Origin: a virus | Length of the DNA stretch: 64,000 nucleotides | Direction: 5' to 3' (one strand) | Virus record (IMG/VR): IMGVR_UViG_3300044846_002555 | Coordinates: 32,001 to 96,000 of that record | Shown here: piece by piece, positions 1 to 10,300 of the stretch | How positions within the stretch are numbered: the first letter of the stretch is position 1 | How the letters are laid out: each line of letters begins with the position of its first letter | The notes under the pieces: generated by a model | What the model saw: the letters and a program-made list of their open reading frames with translations, nothing else | What the model was told of the DNA's origin: nothing | Databases searched by the model: none | Position numbers and translations under genes: made by a program

Positions 1-2886
1 GAATTCTCGGCGTGTACTAACAGTATTGATAGTATAGTGTTTACAAACACATCTAATTTAGCACCTGAGATTTCTTCAATATTAAACGAACCTTACGAAC
101 AATTCGATGGTAGTATAAGTACGTTGTATACTGATTTCTCTAGACAAATTTTTGACGTAGTTTCAACACCGGCAAAAGAGGATACTTCAATTTATTACTA
201 CGGAGCAATACCAACAAGTGTTTATTCAGGATTAAGTGAGGTGTATACAGGTGAAACAAATGTTTACGAAGTTGATAATGTAAGTGCTAATTTATGTAAT
301 TACTCAGCACCACAAAATGACCCTTGGTATTACTCATTATTTGATAATGTTGGTAATGCCGCTTACACAGGATTTTCATTTTGGTCAGTTGTGACAGGAT
401 TAACATTGACACCTATTATTACAACTACAACGTCTACGTCAACAACAACTACTACAACTGACCCATGTACAACTACAACATCAACATCAACCACTTCAAC
501 AACAACGGCTAGACCTACACATTGTTATACAGGTACATTGATAGGTGTTATTTATGTCTATTCGGGAACCGCATATACTGATTATGATGATTTAGTAATT
601 GCTACATTACGTTCAAGAGGTCTTTCAACATATGGTTTAGATGATGGTCCGGTTTATGAAGTATCAGGTTTAACTGATGTTAGTTTAGATTGTACAGGAA
701 CATATTCAGGTGTAACTAAAAACCCATTTTCAACTTTTGGTGTTAACATCACAAGTAAAGATGGTGACCAATATTTCTTTGAAACATCCTTCTCAAACTC
801 TGACCCTAAATATATAAGTAAAGTATTTGGAGCGTCTAACTTCTCTAAACCAAGAACAGTAGTTCCATTATTTGTTGAAGAAAGATTCCAAGCTTTATTA
901 ACAAATGCTTGGAGAATGGGTTATATTAGAGGTTTAAATTGTGAATTAACCGCTTTACCTGACGCACGTCAAGCAATTGACCCAACATCAATAGCATTTT
1001 ATTTAGAGAAATATCAATCTCCGGTATCACCTTGGGTTGTTTCTGAATTAAGAGGTAATAAAGTTTATAACTTATTTAAATTTACAACTATTGCTGATGG
1101 TGATTCTGCTAACGTTGATATTAAAATATCGTTAGCTAATATGTCATTTAACAACGGTACTTTTGATGTATTGATTAGAGATTTCTTTGATACTGATTCT
1201 GCTCCGGTGGTTCTTGAAAAATATACTAACTGTACAATGAACCCTCAAGATAATTCATTCGTAGGTAAGAAAATTGGTAGTTTAGATGGTGAATATCCAT
1301 TATTATCAAGTTATGTTATGGTTGAGATGAATGAGGATGCTCCGATAGACGCACTTCCTTGTGGATTCTTGGGTTATGATTATAGAGAATATGCTGGTGT
1401 TAGACCACCATTCCCATTAATTAAAGCTAAATACTATTATCCTGGTGAGGTAGTTTATAATCCACCATTTGGTTTAGCATCAGGTGCGGACGATACTACT
1501 ACAAGTGCGGGTGATAATGTAAGAAGAACTTATTTAGGTATCTCTGATACTGAAGGTATTGATGTTGACTTCTTCCAATATAAAGGTAATCAACTTCCTT
1601 TAGATATATGTAACGATACTGAAGGTAATCCTTGGAACTTTAGAACTAGAGGATTCCACATGGATGAAAATGCAACAGGTATTACAATACCTAATGTATT
1701 TGTAACTAGTGGTACACCGGCGTTCTTCTGTGGTGACGCACCATTTACATCAGACCCTGATAACCCTGAAAATCCTTACTATAGAATTTTTGCACGTAAA
1801 TTTACTTTACTTGTTAAAGGAGGTTTTGATGGATGGGATATCTACAGAGAATTTAGAACAAATACTGATAGATTTGTATTAGGTAGAGCAGGTTATTTAA
1901 GAGGAGCTTGTCCAACACCAAGATACCCTACCGCAACAGGTTGGGGGGCATTCAAACAAATTAGTGTAGCGGGTAATACTCAAGATTTTGCGAACACCGA
2001 TTATTACGCTTATTTATTAGGTCAAGAAACATTTGCAAATCCTGAAGCAGTAAACATTAACGTGTTTGTTACACCGGGTATTGATTATGTTAATAACTCT
2101 AATTTAGTTGAAAACGCAATCGATATGATTGAATTTAGTAGAGCAGATTCATTGTACGTTTGTACAACACCTGACTACAATATGTATGTTCCTTCAACAG
2201 GTAATCAATTTGACTTTATTTACCCACAAGAGGCTGTAGATAATTTAGCAAATTCAGGTATTGATTCTAACTACACGGCGACTTACTACCCTTGGGTATT
2301 AATGAGAGATACAGTTAACAATACACAAATTTACTTACCAGCAACTGCTGAGGTAACGAGAAACTTAGCGTTAACAGACAACATCGCTTATCCTTGGTTC
2401 GCAGCTGCGGGTTACACGAGAGGTATTGTAAATGCTGTTAAAGCGAGAATTAAACTGACTCAAGAAAATAGAGATACTCTATATCAAGGTCGTTTAAATC
2501 CAATTGCTACCTTCTCTGATGTTGGAACAGTTATTTGGGGTAACAAAACTCTTCAAATTAGACAATCGGCACTTGATAGAATCAACGTAAGAAGATTATT
2601 ACTTCAAGCTCGTAAATTAATATCTGCTGTTTCTGTTAGATTATTATTCGAACAAAACGATGCTAAAGTAAGACAAGATTTCTTGGATTCTGTTAACCCA
2701 ATATTAGATTCGATTAGAAGAGATAGAGGTCTTTACGATTTCCGTGTAACTGTTTCGTCTGACGCAGCTGATATAGACAGAAATCAAATGACAGGTAAGA
2801 TTTACATCAAACCAACCAAATCGTTAGAATTTATAGACATTACGTTCTATATCACTCCAACAGGTGCATCTTTCGAGAATATATAA
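1..2886 (+). CDS. Contractile tail sheath protein (T4 gp18-like), 5'-truncated by the window
   Basis: Frame is open from base 1, so the start lies upstream. The C-terminus has the sheath motifs YYPW, PWFAAAGYTRG, LYQGRLNPIATF, VIWGNKTL, RINVRRLL, LFEQND and IYIKPTKSLEFI. Confidence 0.95.
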   Translation, partial: EFSACTNSIDSIVFTNTSNLAPEISSILNEPYEQFDGSISTLYTDFSRQIFDVVSTPAKEDTSIYYYGAIPTSVYSGLSEVYTGETNVYEVDNVSANLCNYSAPQNDPWYYSLFDNVGNAAYTGFSFWSVVTGLTLTPIITTTTSTSTTTTTTDPCTTTTSTSTTSTTTARPTHCYTGTLIGVIYVYSGTAYTDYDDLVIATLRSRGLSTYGLDDGPVYEVSGLTDVSLDCTGTYSGVTKNPFSTFGVNITSKDGDQYFFETSFSNSDPKYISKVFGASNFSKPRTVVPLFVEERFQALLTNAWRMGYIRGLNCELTALPDARQAIDPTSIAFYLEKYQSPVSPWVVSELRGNKVYNLFKFTTIADGDSANVDIKISLANMSFNNGTFDVLIRDFFDTDSAPVVLEKYTNCTMNPQDNSFVGKKIGSLDGEYPLLSSYVMVEMNEDAPIDALPCGFLGYDYREYAGVRPPFPLIKAKYYYPGEVVYNPPFGLASGADDTTTSAGDNVRRTYLGISDTEGIDVDFFQYKGNQLPLDICNDTEGNPWNFRTRGFHMDENATGITIPNVFVTSGTPAFFCGDAPFTSDPDNPENPYYRIFARKFTLLVKGGFDGWDIYREFRTNTDRFVLGRAGYLRGACPTPRYPTATGWGAFKQISVAGNTQDFANTDYYAYLLGQETFANPEAVNINVFVTPGIDYVNNSNLVENAIDMIEFSRADSLYVCTTPDYNMYVPSTGNQFDFIYPQEAVDNLANSGIDSNYTATYYPWVLMRDTVNNTQIYLPATAEVTRNLALTDNIAYPWFAAAGYTRGIVNAVKARIKLTQENRDTLYQGRLNPIATFSDVGTVIWGNKTLQIRQSALDRINVRRLLLQARKLISAVSVRLLFEQNDAKVRQDFLDSVNPILDSIRRDRGLYDFRVTVSSDAADIDRNQMTGKIYIKPTKSLEFIDITFYITPTGASFENI
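421..510 (+). repeat. Thr/Ser-rich low-complexity tract inside the sheath gene
   Basis: Translates as TTTTSTSTTTTTTDPCTTTTSTSTTSTTT. Confidence 0.9.
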
Positions 2887-2893
2887 TAAATAA

Positions 2894-2926
2894 AATTATG
2901 ACCCATTGTAATAGTGGGTCATAATT
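2894..2926 (+). terminator. Stem-loop after the sheath gene (terminator or processing/stability hairpin)
   Basis: AATTATGACCCA (2894-2905) pairs with TGGGTCATAATT (2915-2926). There is no clear U-tract. Confidence 0.55.
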
Positions 2927-2942
2927 AAGCCAAATAACAATT

Positions 2943-3764
2943 ATGTTTAATAAAAAAATTTTAAAAGAAGGTATTGACGACGCAGGAGCTCCTGATGAAA
3001 AATACTACGCATTTGATTGGGATGATAACATTGTTACAATGCCAACTAAAATTATTTTAAAAGATGATGAAGGTCGTGAAGTAGGTATGTCTACTGAAGA
3101 TTTTGCGGATTATAGAACGGAGATTGGTAATCAACCATTCGAGTATAATGACCATACTATTGTTGGTTTTGCGGATGAACCTTTCAGATATTTCCGGGAT
3201 AAAGGTGATAAACAATTTATTGTTGACGCTATGTTAGCAAAACCAGGTCCTGCTTGGCCTGATTTCGTTGAAGCAATTAATAATGGGTCAATTTTTTCGA
3301 TTGTTACCGCAAGAGGTCACAACCCTAACGTACTTAAACAAGGTGTTTACAATTATATTGTTTCAAACACAAACGGTATAAATTCTAATGAACTAATTAA
3401 GAATTTAGAAAAATATCGTGATTTGGCGGATGAAGAAGAAATATCTAAATCAGAAATGATAAAAGAATATTTAGATATGTGTCGTTTTTATCCGGTGTCT
3501 TTTGGTGAGGGTTCAGCAACAAATCCGGAAGAAGGTAAAATTAAAGCTTTAAAAGAATTTGTTCAATATGTTAAAGATGTTTCAAAAAGAATTCAGAAAA
3601 AAGCTTTCTTAAAAAACAAAATTAGTAATTATTTTGTACCTAAAGTAGGATTTTCAGATGATGATGTAAGAAATGTGGATGTAGTTAAAAAACATTTTGA
3701 GCAAGACCCAGAAAATATTATTAAAACTTATTCAACAGCAGGAGGAATAAAAAAAGAATATTAA
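2943..3764 (+). CDS. HAD-superfamily hydrolase/phosphatase-like protein
   Basis: Motif I YAFDWDDNI, motif II IVTARG, candidate motif III Lys (EGKIK) and motif IV GFSDDD occur in the expected order. Confidence 0.65.
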   Translation: MFNKKILKEGIDDAGAPDEKYYAFDWDDNIVTMPTKIILKDDEGREVGMSTEDFADYRTEIGNQPFEYNDHTIVGFADEPFRYFRDKGDKQFIVDAMLAKPGPAWPDFVEAINNGSIFSIVTARGHNPNVLKQGVYNYIVSNTNGINSNELIKNLEKYRDLADEEEISKSEMIKEYLDMCRFYPVSFGEGSATNPEEGKIKALKEFVQYVKDVSKRIQKKAFLKNKISNYFVPKVGFSDDDVRNVDVVKKHFEQDPENIIKTYSTAGGIKKEY

Positions 3765-3782
3765 ATAGTTATAATAAATAAG

Positions 3783-3826
3783 AACTAGAAAAACTAGTAA
3801 ATTAAAACTAGTATTAAATAAACTAG
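3783..3826. repeat. Four AACTAG direct repeats in the intergenic region before the tail tube gene
   Basis: AACTAG at 3783, 3792, 3806 and 3821. Confidence 0.7.
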
Positions 3827-3889
3827 ACTGGAAGAGAATGATAATAAATTAAATTCTAAAAGTCAACTAAAATATTTTTTAAATAGTGA

Positions 3890-3896
3890 TATTTAT
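3890..3896 (+). promoter_or_regulatory. TATTTAT leader motif (putative phage late promoter element)
   Basis: The same motif lies on the sense strand upstream of at least 13 genes on both strands. Confidence 0.55.
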
Positions 3897-3936
3897 TAAA
3901 TAAAGATAAAATAAATAAAATTAAAAACAAATTGAA

Positions 3937-4425
3937 ATGGCTGATTTATTAATGAAAATGCCCATACCTTACGAACCTAAAAGACAAAATAGGTTTATAT
4001 TACGTTTTCCTTCAACATTAGGGATTAATGAATGGTTCGTAGAATCGGCAGCAAGACCAAAAATAACAATTAATCCTGTTGCGATTCCATTTTTAAACAC
4101 TGAAACATATGTTGCCGGTCGTTTTACTTGGGGTACAATAAATGTTAAATTCCGTGACCCAATTGGACCTTCTGCGTCTCAGGCACTTATGGAATGGGTA
4201 CGTTTATGTGCAGAATCAGTTACCGGACGTATGGGGTATGCTGCGGGTTATAAAAAGAATGTTGACCTTGAGATGTTAGACCCAACGGGTGTAGTTGTTG
4301 AGAAATGGATATTAGAAGGAACTTTCTTATCTGATGTTAACTTTGATTCGTTGGCGTATAGTACAGACGCTTTAGCGACAATATCAGCGGTATTACGTAT
4401 GGATAGATGTATATTAGTTTACTAA
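3937..4425 (+). CDS. Tail tube protein (T4 gp19-like)
   Basis: 162 aa. It contains EPKRQNRF, YVAGRFTWGTINVKFRD, LMEW, YKKNVDLEMLDPTG and a KW-x-L-x-G-x-F pattern typical of tube proteins, and lies downstream of the sheath. Confidence 0.9.
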   Translation: MADLLMKMPIPYEPKRQNRFILRFPSTLGINEWFVESAARPKITINPVAIPFLNTETYVAGRFTWGTINVKFRDPIGPSASQALMEWVRLCAESVTGRMGYAAGYKKNVDLEMLDPTGVVVEKWILEGTFLSDVNFDSLAYSTDALATISAVLRMDRCILVY

Positions 4426-4450
4426 AAAATACTTTATATTTAAAATTAAG

Positions 4451-4481
4451 AATCCACATATCAAAAATATGTGGATTTTTT
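4451..4481 (+). terminator. Intrinsic terminator after the tail tube gene
   Basis: AATCCACATAT-caaaa-ATATGTGGATT followed by a T run. Confidence 0.75.
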
Positions 4482-4538
4482 ATTAACTATTGATAAAAAA
4501 ACATATACGATTATATTTTATAATAAAAACAAATTTAT

Positions 4539-5294
4539 ATGGACGAAAGTTTAATTAATGCAGCAACAGAAAATTTCACATTACCACATGACGTGGTATC
4601 ATTACCGAGTGGTGGAATTTTTTATAAATCTAAGAAAAAATCGGTTAAAGTAGGTTATTTAACGGCATCTGATGAAAATTATTTGATTGGTGCAATGGCT
4701 GGTAAAGAAAATATTGTATTTACTTTATTAAGAAATAAATTATATGAACATGATTTACGTCCTGAAGAATTAATGGATGGTGATGTTGAAGCAATTTTAA
4801 TCTTTTTAAGAAATACTTCTTTTGGTCCGGAATATACAATTAATTTAATTGACCCAAGTACTAGTAAAACTTTTTCACACACTGTTGTCTTGGATGAATT
4901 AAATATTAAACAATGTAAACATCAACCTGATGAAAATGGTTTTTTTACTACAACATTACCTAAAACAGGTGTAACAATTAAATTAAGACCTACCACTTTT
5001 CATGACACTATTGAGTTGGATAAAATGGTTGAACAATATCCCGTGGGAAGACAAGCGCCAAGAATAACTTGGAAATTACAAAAACAAATTGTTGAGATTG
5101 ATGGTGATAACGATAGAGGTAAAATAGCGATGTTTGTTGATACTTTACCTATTATGGACTCTAAATACATAAGAACTTTTTTAAGAGAAAATGAACCGTC
5201 ATTAGACCTTAAAAGAACTGCAACCGCCCCATCAGGAGAATTGGTATCTTACGAGATAACCTTTGGGGTTGAGTTTTTTCGGCCTTTCTTTTAA
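4539..5294 (+). CDS. Tail/baseplate hub assembly chaperone (T4 gp26-like)
   Basis: It has an N-terminal VSLPSGG.FY, then LTASDE and GDVEAILIFLR..SFGPEY, ends in FF-x-P, and sits between tube and tape measure. Confidence 0.7.
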   Translation: MDESLINAATENFTLPHDVVSLPSGGIFYKSKKKSVKVGYLTASDENYLIGAMAGKENIVFTLLRNKLYEHDLRPEELMDGDVEAILIFLRNTSFGPEYTINLIDPSTSKTFSHTVVLDELNIKQCKHQPDENGFFTTTLPKTGVTIKLRPTTFHDTIELDKMVEQYPVGRQAPRITWKLQKQIVEIDGDNDRGKIAMFVDTLPIMDSKYIRTFLRENEPSLDLKRTATAPSGELVSYEITFGVEFFRPFF

Positions 5295-5436
5295 CTATCG
5301 ACAACTACTAATTGAGGAATATTATTTGATGGCTAAATTTATAAGAACATCATATAGTGACTTCAACGAGATGCCTACTTATGTTAGGAAATTTTTAATA
5401 AACAGAATTCTAGAAGATAATACACCAAAGACCTAA
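5260..5436 (+). CDS. Small overlapping +1-frame ORF, gp51-like chaperone partner (not in ORF track), probably expressed by frameshift
   Basis: The frame is open from 5260 to TAA at 5434-5436 and reads FFGLSFNYRQLLIEEYYLMAKFIRTSYSDFNEMPTYVRKFLINRILEDNTPKT. The MP-x3-R pattern resembles gp51-type proteins. The first ATG is only at 5329. Confidence 0.7.
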   Translation, partial: PLGLSFFGLSFNYRQLLIEEYYLMAKFIRTSYSDFNEMPTYVRKFLINRILEDNTPKT

Positions 5437-5460
5437 ATTAAAATATGTCTTTGGTGTATT
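5419..5460 (+). terminator. 14-bp stem-loop before the tape measure gene
   Basis: AATACACCAAAGAC (5419-5432) pairs with GTCTTTGGTGTATT (5447-5460). The 3' arm runs into tandem TATTTAT motifs (5457-5468). Confidence 0.6.
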
Positions 5461-5481
5461 TATTTATAAAACAAATTTAAT

Positions 5482-7362
5482 ATGCAAGATGCAAGTAGTT
5501 TAGACGCTAGTGGTCAAAAAGGTAAAGATATTCTTGATTCGTTCGGTAAAGCTTTATTAAGTAATTTTCAAACCGAAGCAGTTGGTAAAGTCGTTGCCGA
5601 ACTTGATAAAGGGGCTAGTACCCTTTTAAAACAATTTGGTGTTGGTCAAGAAATGGCTCAAACATTAAGAGCCACTATGGCTGATGCGGTTACTGGTGTT
5701 AGAACTTTAGGTGGGGATATTGATGCGGTTATTAAAACACAAATGGAGGCTTCAAAAGCTTTACAACGAAACGTAATATTATCTGCGGAAGTAAATAAAG
5801 ACCTTTATGCAACAGTGAAAGTAACAGGTCAAGAAGTTGGTACGTTAGTATCAGGATTTAAAGATGTTGGAATTGGTGCGGGACGAGTTGCGGGTGAAAT
5901 GAAAAAAGTTGTTGATATTGCTACTCAGTCAGGTGTAAACGCCGCAGATGTTTCGGCAAAAGTTTTACAAAATATGGATGCCCTAAACAAATATAATTTT
6001 GAAGGAGGAGTATCCGGTTTGGCTAAAATGGCTGCTCAAGCGAGTTTATTAAGAATTGATATGAGTCAAACATTGGCGTTTGCGGAAAAAGTATTTGACC
6101 CGGAAGGGGCTATTGAAATGGCTGCGGCAATGCAAAGATTAGGTGTTTCTCAAAGTAGTTTACTTGACCCACTTAAAATGATGGATTTAGCTCAAAATGA
6201 CCCGGCTGAATTACAAAACCAAATTGCTCAAATGAGTAAACAATTTGTTCAATTAGGTAAAGACGGTAATTTTGAAATTATGCCGGGGGCGAAACGTCAA
6301 ATGAGAGAAATATCCAAAGCGATGGGTATACCTTATGAACAATTGACTAAAATGGCGTTAGGTAGTGCTGAATTAGAGGATAAAATGAGTAAAATTCGTT
6401 TTCCTGATTTACCGGGCTTAGATGAAGATAAGCAAAAAATGATAGCCAATATGGCTGAAATGGGTGCTGGAGGTAAATATGAAGTTCAAGTCAAAGATGA
6501 ACAAACAGGTGAAACTATTACCAAAGCCCTTGACCAATTAAATGAAAAAGATGTTGCAAATCTTGAAAAAATGGCTAATACCGCTCCAAAAACAATGGAG
6601 GAATTAGCTGTTAGTCAATTAAGTGTTACAGAAAAAATGGCTGCGGATATTAAATCATTGGCAGACCAAACAGGTTTAGGGGCTGCAAGAACTAAAGCGA
6701 TGGGTACTGGTATAAATTTTCTTAGAGATACTTCAACCGCAGTTAGAAAAACACTTTCACCAAAAGAGATGAGTACAAAAAATCTTGCGTCATCAATTGA
6801 CTCAGGTATAGATAAAAATTTAGATGTTCTTAAAAGATTAACAGATGGTGAGATAAGTGCTGGTGAGGCAAGAAAAGAAGTTGGGGAAAATTTAAAAAAA
6901 TTAGGGTCATTACTTAATTCTGCTTATGAAACCGGAATGAAAAACGCCCAAATCGAATCTGAAAAAATAAAAAATGATTACCCTGTGATTGACCAACTTA
7001 AAAAACTTTTATCGGGTGATATAAGTAAGATAGAAAGTAATAAGAAACAGGAAACAAATATTACTCAAACAGAAATTAGTAATGTTAGAAATGCCTCAAC
7101 AATTCCTACTAATACATCACAAACAGCAACTAATCCATCTACTGATAGACCAATTGAAATAACATTAAATCACAATATAGATTTAAAAACAACAGGTAAT
7201 GTTGACACTAACCAAATAGTAATGGCTCTTAAAAATACTGACGTTCAACAAGGTATGGTCGGAGCGTTAAAAGAGGCGATGTATAGTAATGGTTTAATGG
7301 CTCCAACCGCAAACAAAACACAATTAATGAATAGTAATATTAGTGCGAGTTCATTAGCATAA
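5482..7362 (+). CDS. Probable tail tape measure protein
   Basis: 626 aa, rich in Ala/Gln/Met/Lys with helical character and no Cys or Trp. It occupies the canonical position after tube and chaperones. Confidence 0.7.
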   Translation: MQDASSLDASGQKGKDILDSFGKALLSNFQTEAVGKVVAELDKGASTLLKQFGVGQEMAQTLRATMADAVTGVRTLGGDIDAVIKTQMEASKALQRNVILSAEVNKDLYATVKVTGQEVGTLVSGFKDVGIGAGRVAGEMKKVVDIATQSGVNAADVSAKVLQNMDALNKYNFEGGVSGLAKMAAQASLLRIDMSQTLAFAEKVFDPEGAIEMAAAMQRLGVSQSSLLDPLKMMDLAQNDPAELQNQIAQMSKQFVQLGKDGNFEIMPGAKRQMREISKAMGIPYEQLTKMALGSAELEDKMSKIRFPDLPGLDEDKQKMIANMAEMGAGGKYEVQVKDEQTGETITKALDQLNEKDVANLEKMANTAPKTMEELAVSQLSVTEKMAADIKSLADQTGLGAARTKAMGTGINFLRDTSTAVRKTLSPKEMSTKNLASSIDSGIDKNLDVLKRLTDGEISAGEARKEVGENLKKLGSLLNSAYETGMKNAQIESEKIKNDYPVIDQLKKLLSGDISKIESNKKQETNITQTEISNVRNASTIPTNTSQTATNPSTDRPIEITLNHNIDLKTTGNVDTNQIVMALKNTDVQQGMVGALKEAMYSNGLMAPTANKTQLMNSNISASSLA

Positions 7363-7399
7363 AATAAAGTACAATCTATTTATAGGTAAATCAGAATAT

Positions 7400-10300
7400 A
7401 TGGCAGAGAGTTCATTATCATTTGCATCCACGTCTTCCTTTAGAAATTCACTAATGGTTAAAAACTTGGCACCTTACAGTGTTCAGGGAGTATATACCCC
7501 ACCTGTGAGTCAAGTTAATTATGAAACAATTTTAAGTGTTAGTAACGTCATTGATTCTCCGGGTGAGTTAATTACTAATGGTTCTTATTCAAATCTATTA
7601 TATCCGTTAAATGAATATGGTCCTGATGGGGGTTATAGTACTCAAATAAATTTCAACGGACCTCCTTTACCTGTCGCTTCAAATCAAGGGGAATACAACC
7701 CAAATGACACTGTTTTAGATTTAGTAAATGAGTTTTTCATTGACGCCGCTTATATTCAAAACAGATATGGACCTCAAGGAAGTTTTAATGATTTAGTAAT
7801 TATTACTGACGTTGAGAATAATAATAAAATTTATCAACCTTATTGGGAGCCACCAAGTTTTGCTCCGTCATCGTATTCACCATATAATATTTTATTATCA
7901 CCAAATCCTATTGGTAGTAATGGATTATTATCTCAAGATTCATTTATTGCAAGATTCGGAGCGTCAGAGTTAAATTCTTTATTGAAAAAAAGAATTGATG
8001 CTGAGTTATTTCAAAATACATTAGGATTAATTAATTTAGAATCTCTACAAGACCCGTTTGAGATTAGTATGATGTTGTCGGGTCAACAACCTTTAGTTTA
8101 TAAAAATTGGAAGATTACCGTACCTGAAAACCCTGTTGTTGCGGCAGCCGACTTCTTAACAAGATTAGCGGGGGCATATTGGCCTGTTTCATTAATACCT
8201 GGTGATTATTTTAACGATAACAACGAAAATAGTCAAACACAACAAACATCAAACGCATTAAACACCGTAAATCAATTAACAGGTGGTTTATTAGGTCCAA
8301 TATTAAACCTTAATAGAAGTGGTTCACAAATATTCTTGGCAAACACCGGTAACGGACAAAGGTCAGTTTTATTTGCAAATATTAATTATAACAGATATCA
8401 ACCATCATATGATAAAGATTATGGTTTATTGTTTGGTGTTGCTCAAGGTTTAGTTAACTTATTAGTTCCAAATATTAATCCGGGTAATGGTACGTTAGTT
8501 GGTGGTTATTATGTTGGTAATAGAACATCAGAGCCGTCTTATATTACCTCACCCCCAAATCAAATACCTGTTAACGCATTTGGTCAACAAGACCCTTCAC
8601 CAGTATATGGTCCATCAGAGATGGGTATATTATATGAAGGTAATGAATCAGCTCTTAGTAATTTTGGTTTAGGAGGAAGGTCTTACAGTGACGGTGGAGG
8701 TATTGACGGTGGATTTGTTTGGGTATCTCCAAAATATAAAGCCAATGCCGGATTCCGTGCGATACCGGGTGGTGGTTCAGGAACAATCGATGAGGATTAT
8801 CAATTGGTTAGTGGAAACATTACAAGAGATGAATCGACAAATATTGAGTTCAAAGAAACTTCCATATTAGACCAAACTCAAAGATTAATTGACTCGGCTG
8901 ATGGTGTTACGGGTGAAGCCCGTTTAAAACACGTTGGTAATGCGATGAATCAAATTAGTAAGGTATTCCACGATGGGTATAAAGAAATTACTAAAGGTTC
9001 TCAAGTTTTATCATATACTGATAATACAACAGGAGGTGATGCCGGTATAGAATATTGTAGGGTTTTTACTAAAGATAATCCGTATTATACTTACAATGAT
9101 TTACAAAAAACAGATGGTATAACTACATCAGGTAGAAGATTTACACATTCTGTTTTAGATAATACATACAATTTAAATATTGTTCCATTAAGAAATCCGG
9201 GGTCAACAAACATTATAGCAAATAATGTTAATGGAACGGGGGGATATGCTAAAAAATATATGTTCTCAATTGAGAACTTAGCTTGGAGAACATCAAGTAG
9301 ACCTGGGTTTACTTATGATGAATTACCTGTTTGTGAGAAAGGTCCAAATGGGGGTAGAGTTATGTGGTTTCCACCTTATGATTTAAAATTTTCAGATAGT
9401 AGTACTGCTAATTGGAATGATACTTCATTTTTAGGTAGACCTGAGCCAATCTATACGTATAAAAATACAAGTAGAAGTGGACAATTAAGTTGGAAGATTA
9501 TTGTGGATAGTCCTTCAGTTATGAATACTATTGTTGAAAAACAATTAAAAGGACAGAGTAAAGAAAGAATTAATTCTATAATCGATTCATTCTTTGCAGG
9601 ATGTGTTAAGTATGACATTTATGAATTAGCGTTAAAATTTAATACTATACCTACAAAAGATTTATATACATATCAAGAGATTTTAAGTAATCCAAGATTA
9701 ACGGATGAAGAGTTAAAGAATGTTAGCGCTAACATTCCGAGAGAAAATTCTGTACCTCAAGGAGGTGCGGGAACACCTGCAGATGCTGCGGTTCAAACTG
9801 CTAATCCGGACACTTCAATTGATGACTTTAAAAAGAATTATTCTCAATTGGCGTTTTATTTTGATAATGATATTCCTGACCCTAAATCACAGGGGGTTGT
9901 ATCATCAGTACCTTATGATGTCACATATTCGGCTTATACCGCACCAACAAACATTACAAAATATGTGGATACCGCAAGTGGAATATTTAACGCTGGTAGT
10001 GTTAATAGAAATGTAAGAGAATTTTTCGATAATATTGTAATATCAAATTTTAATAAAATTGCTAATAATAGTAGTAATTTTATTGTTGATGCTTATAACA
10101 TATTAAAAGAAAAAAAGGGGACTATTAGTATACAAATGGTTGGGTCGGCATCTGCGACCGCTAGTGTACCGTATAATACTAATTTATCTAAACGAAGAAA
10201 TGACTCAGTAATTCAATTTTTAAAAACATATAAAATTGGTGACGCTAATTTAGCTCCATTTTTTGAAGATAAAACATTTCAAATTACATTACAAAGTGGT

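Noticed and set aside
5273-5311. Classical -1 frameshift at G TTT TTT
   Set aside because: The -1 frame stops at 5309-5311 after about 10 codons. Only the +1/-2 frame gives a plausible product.
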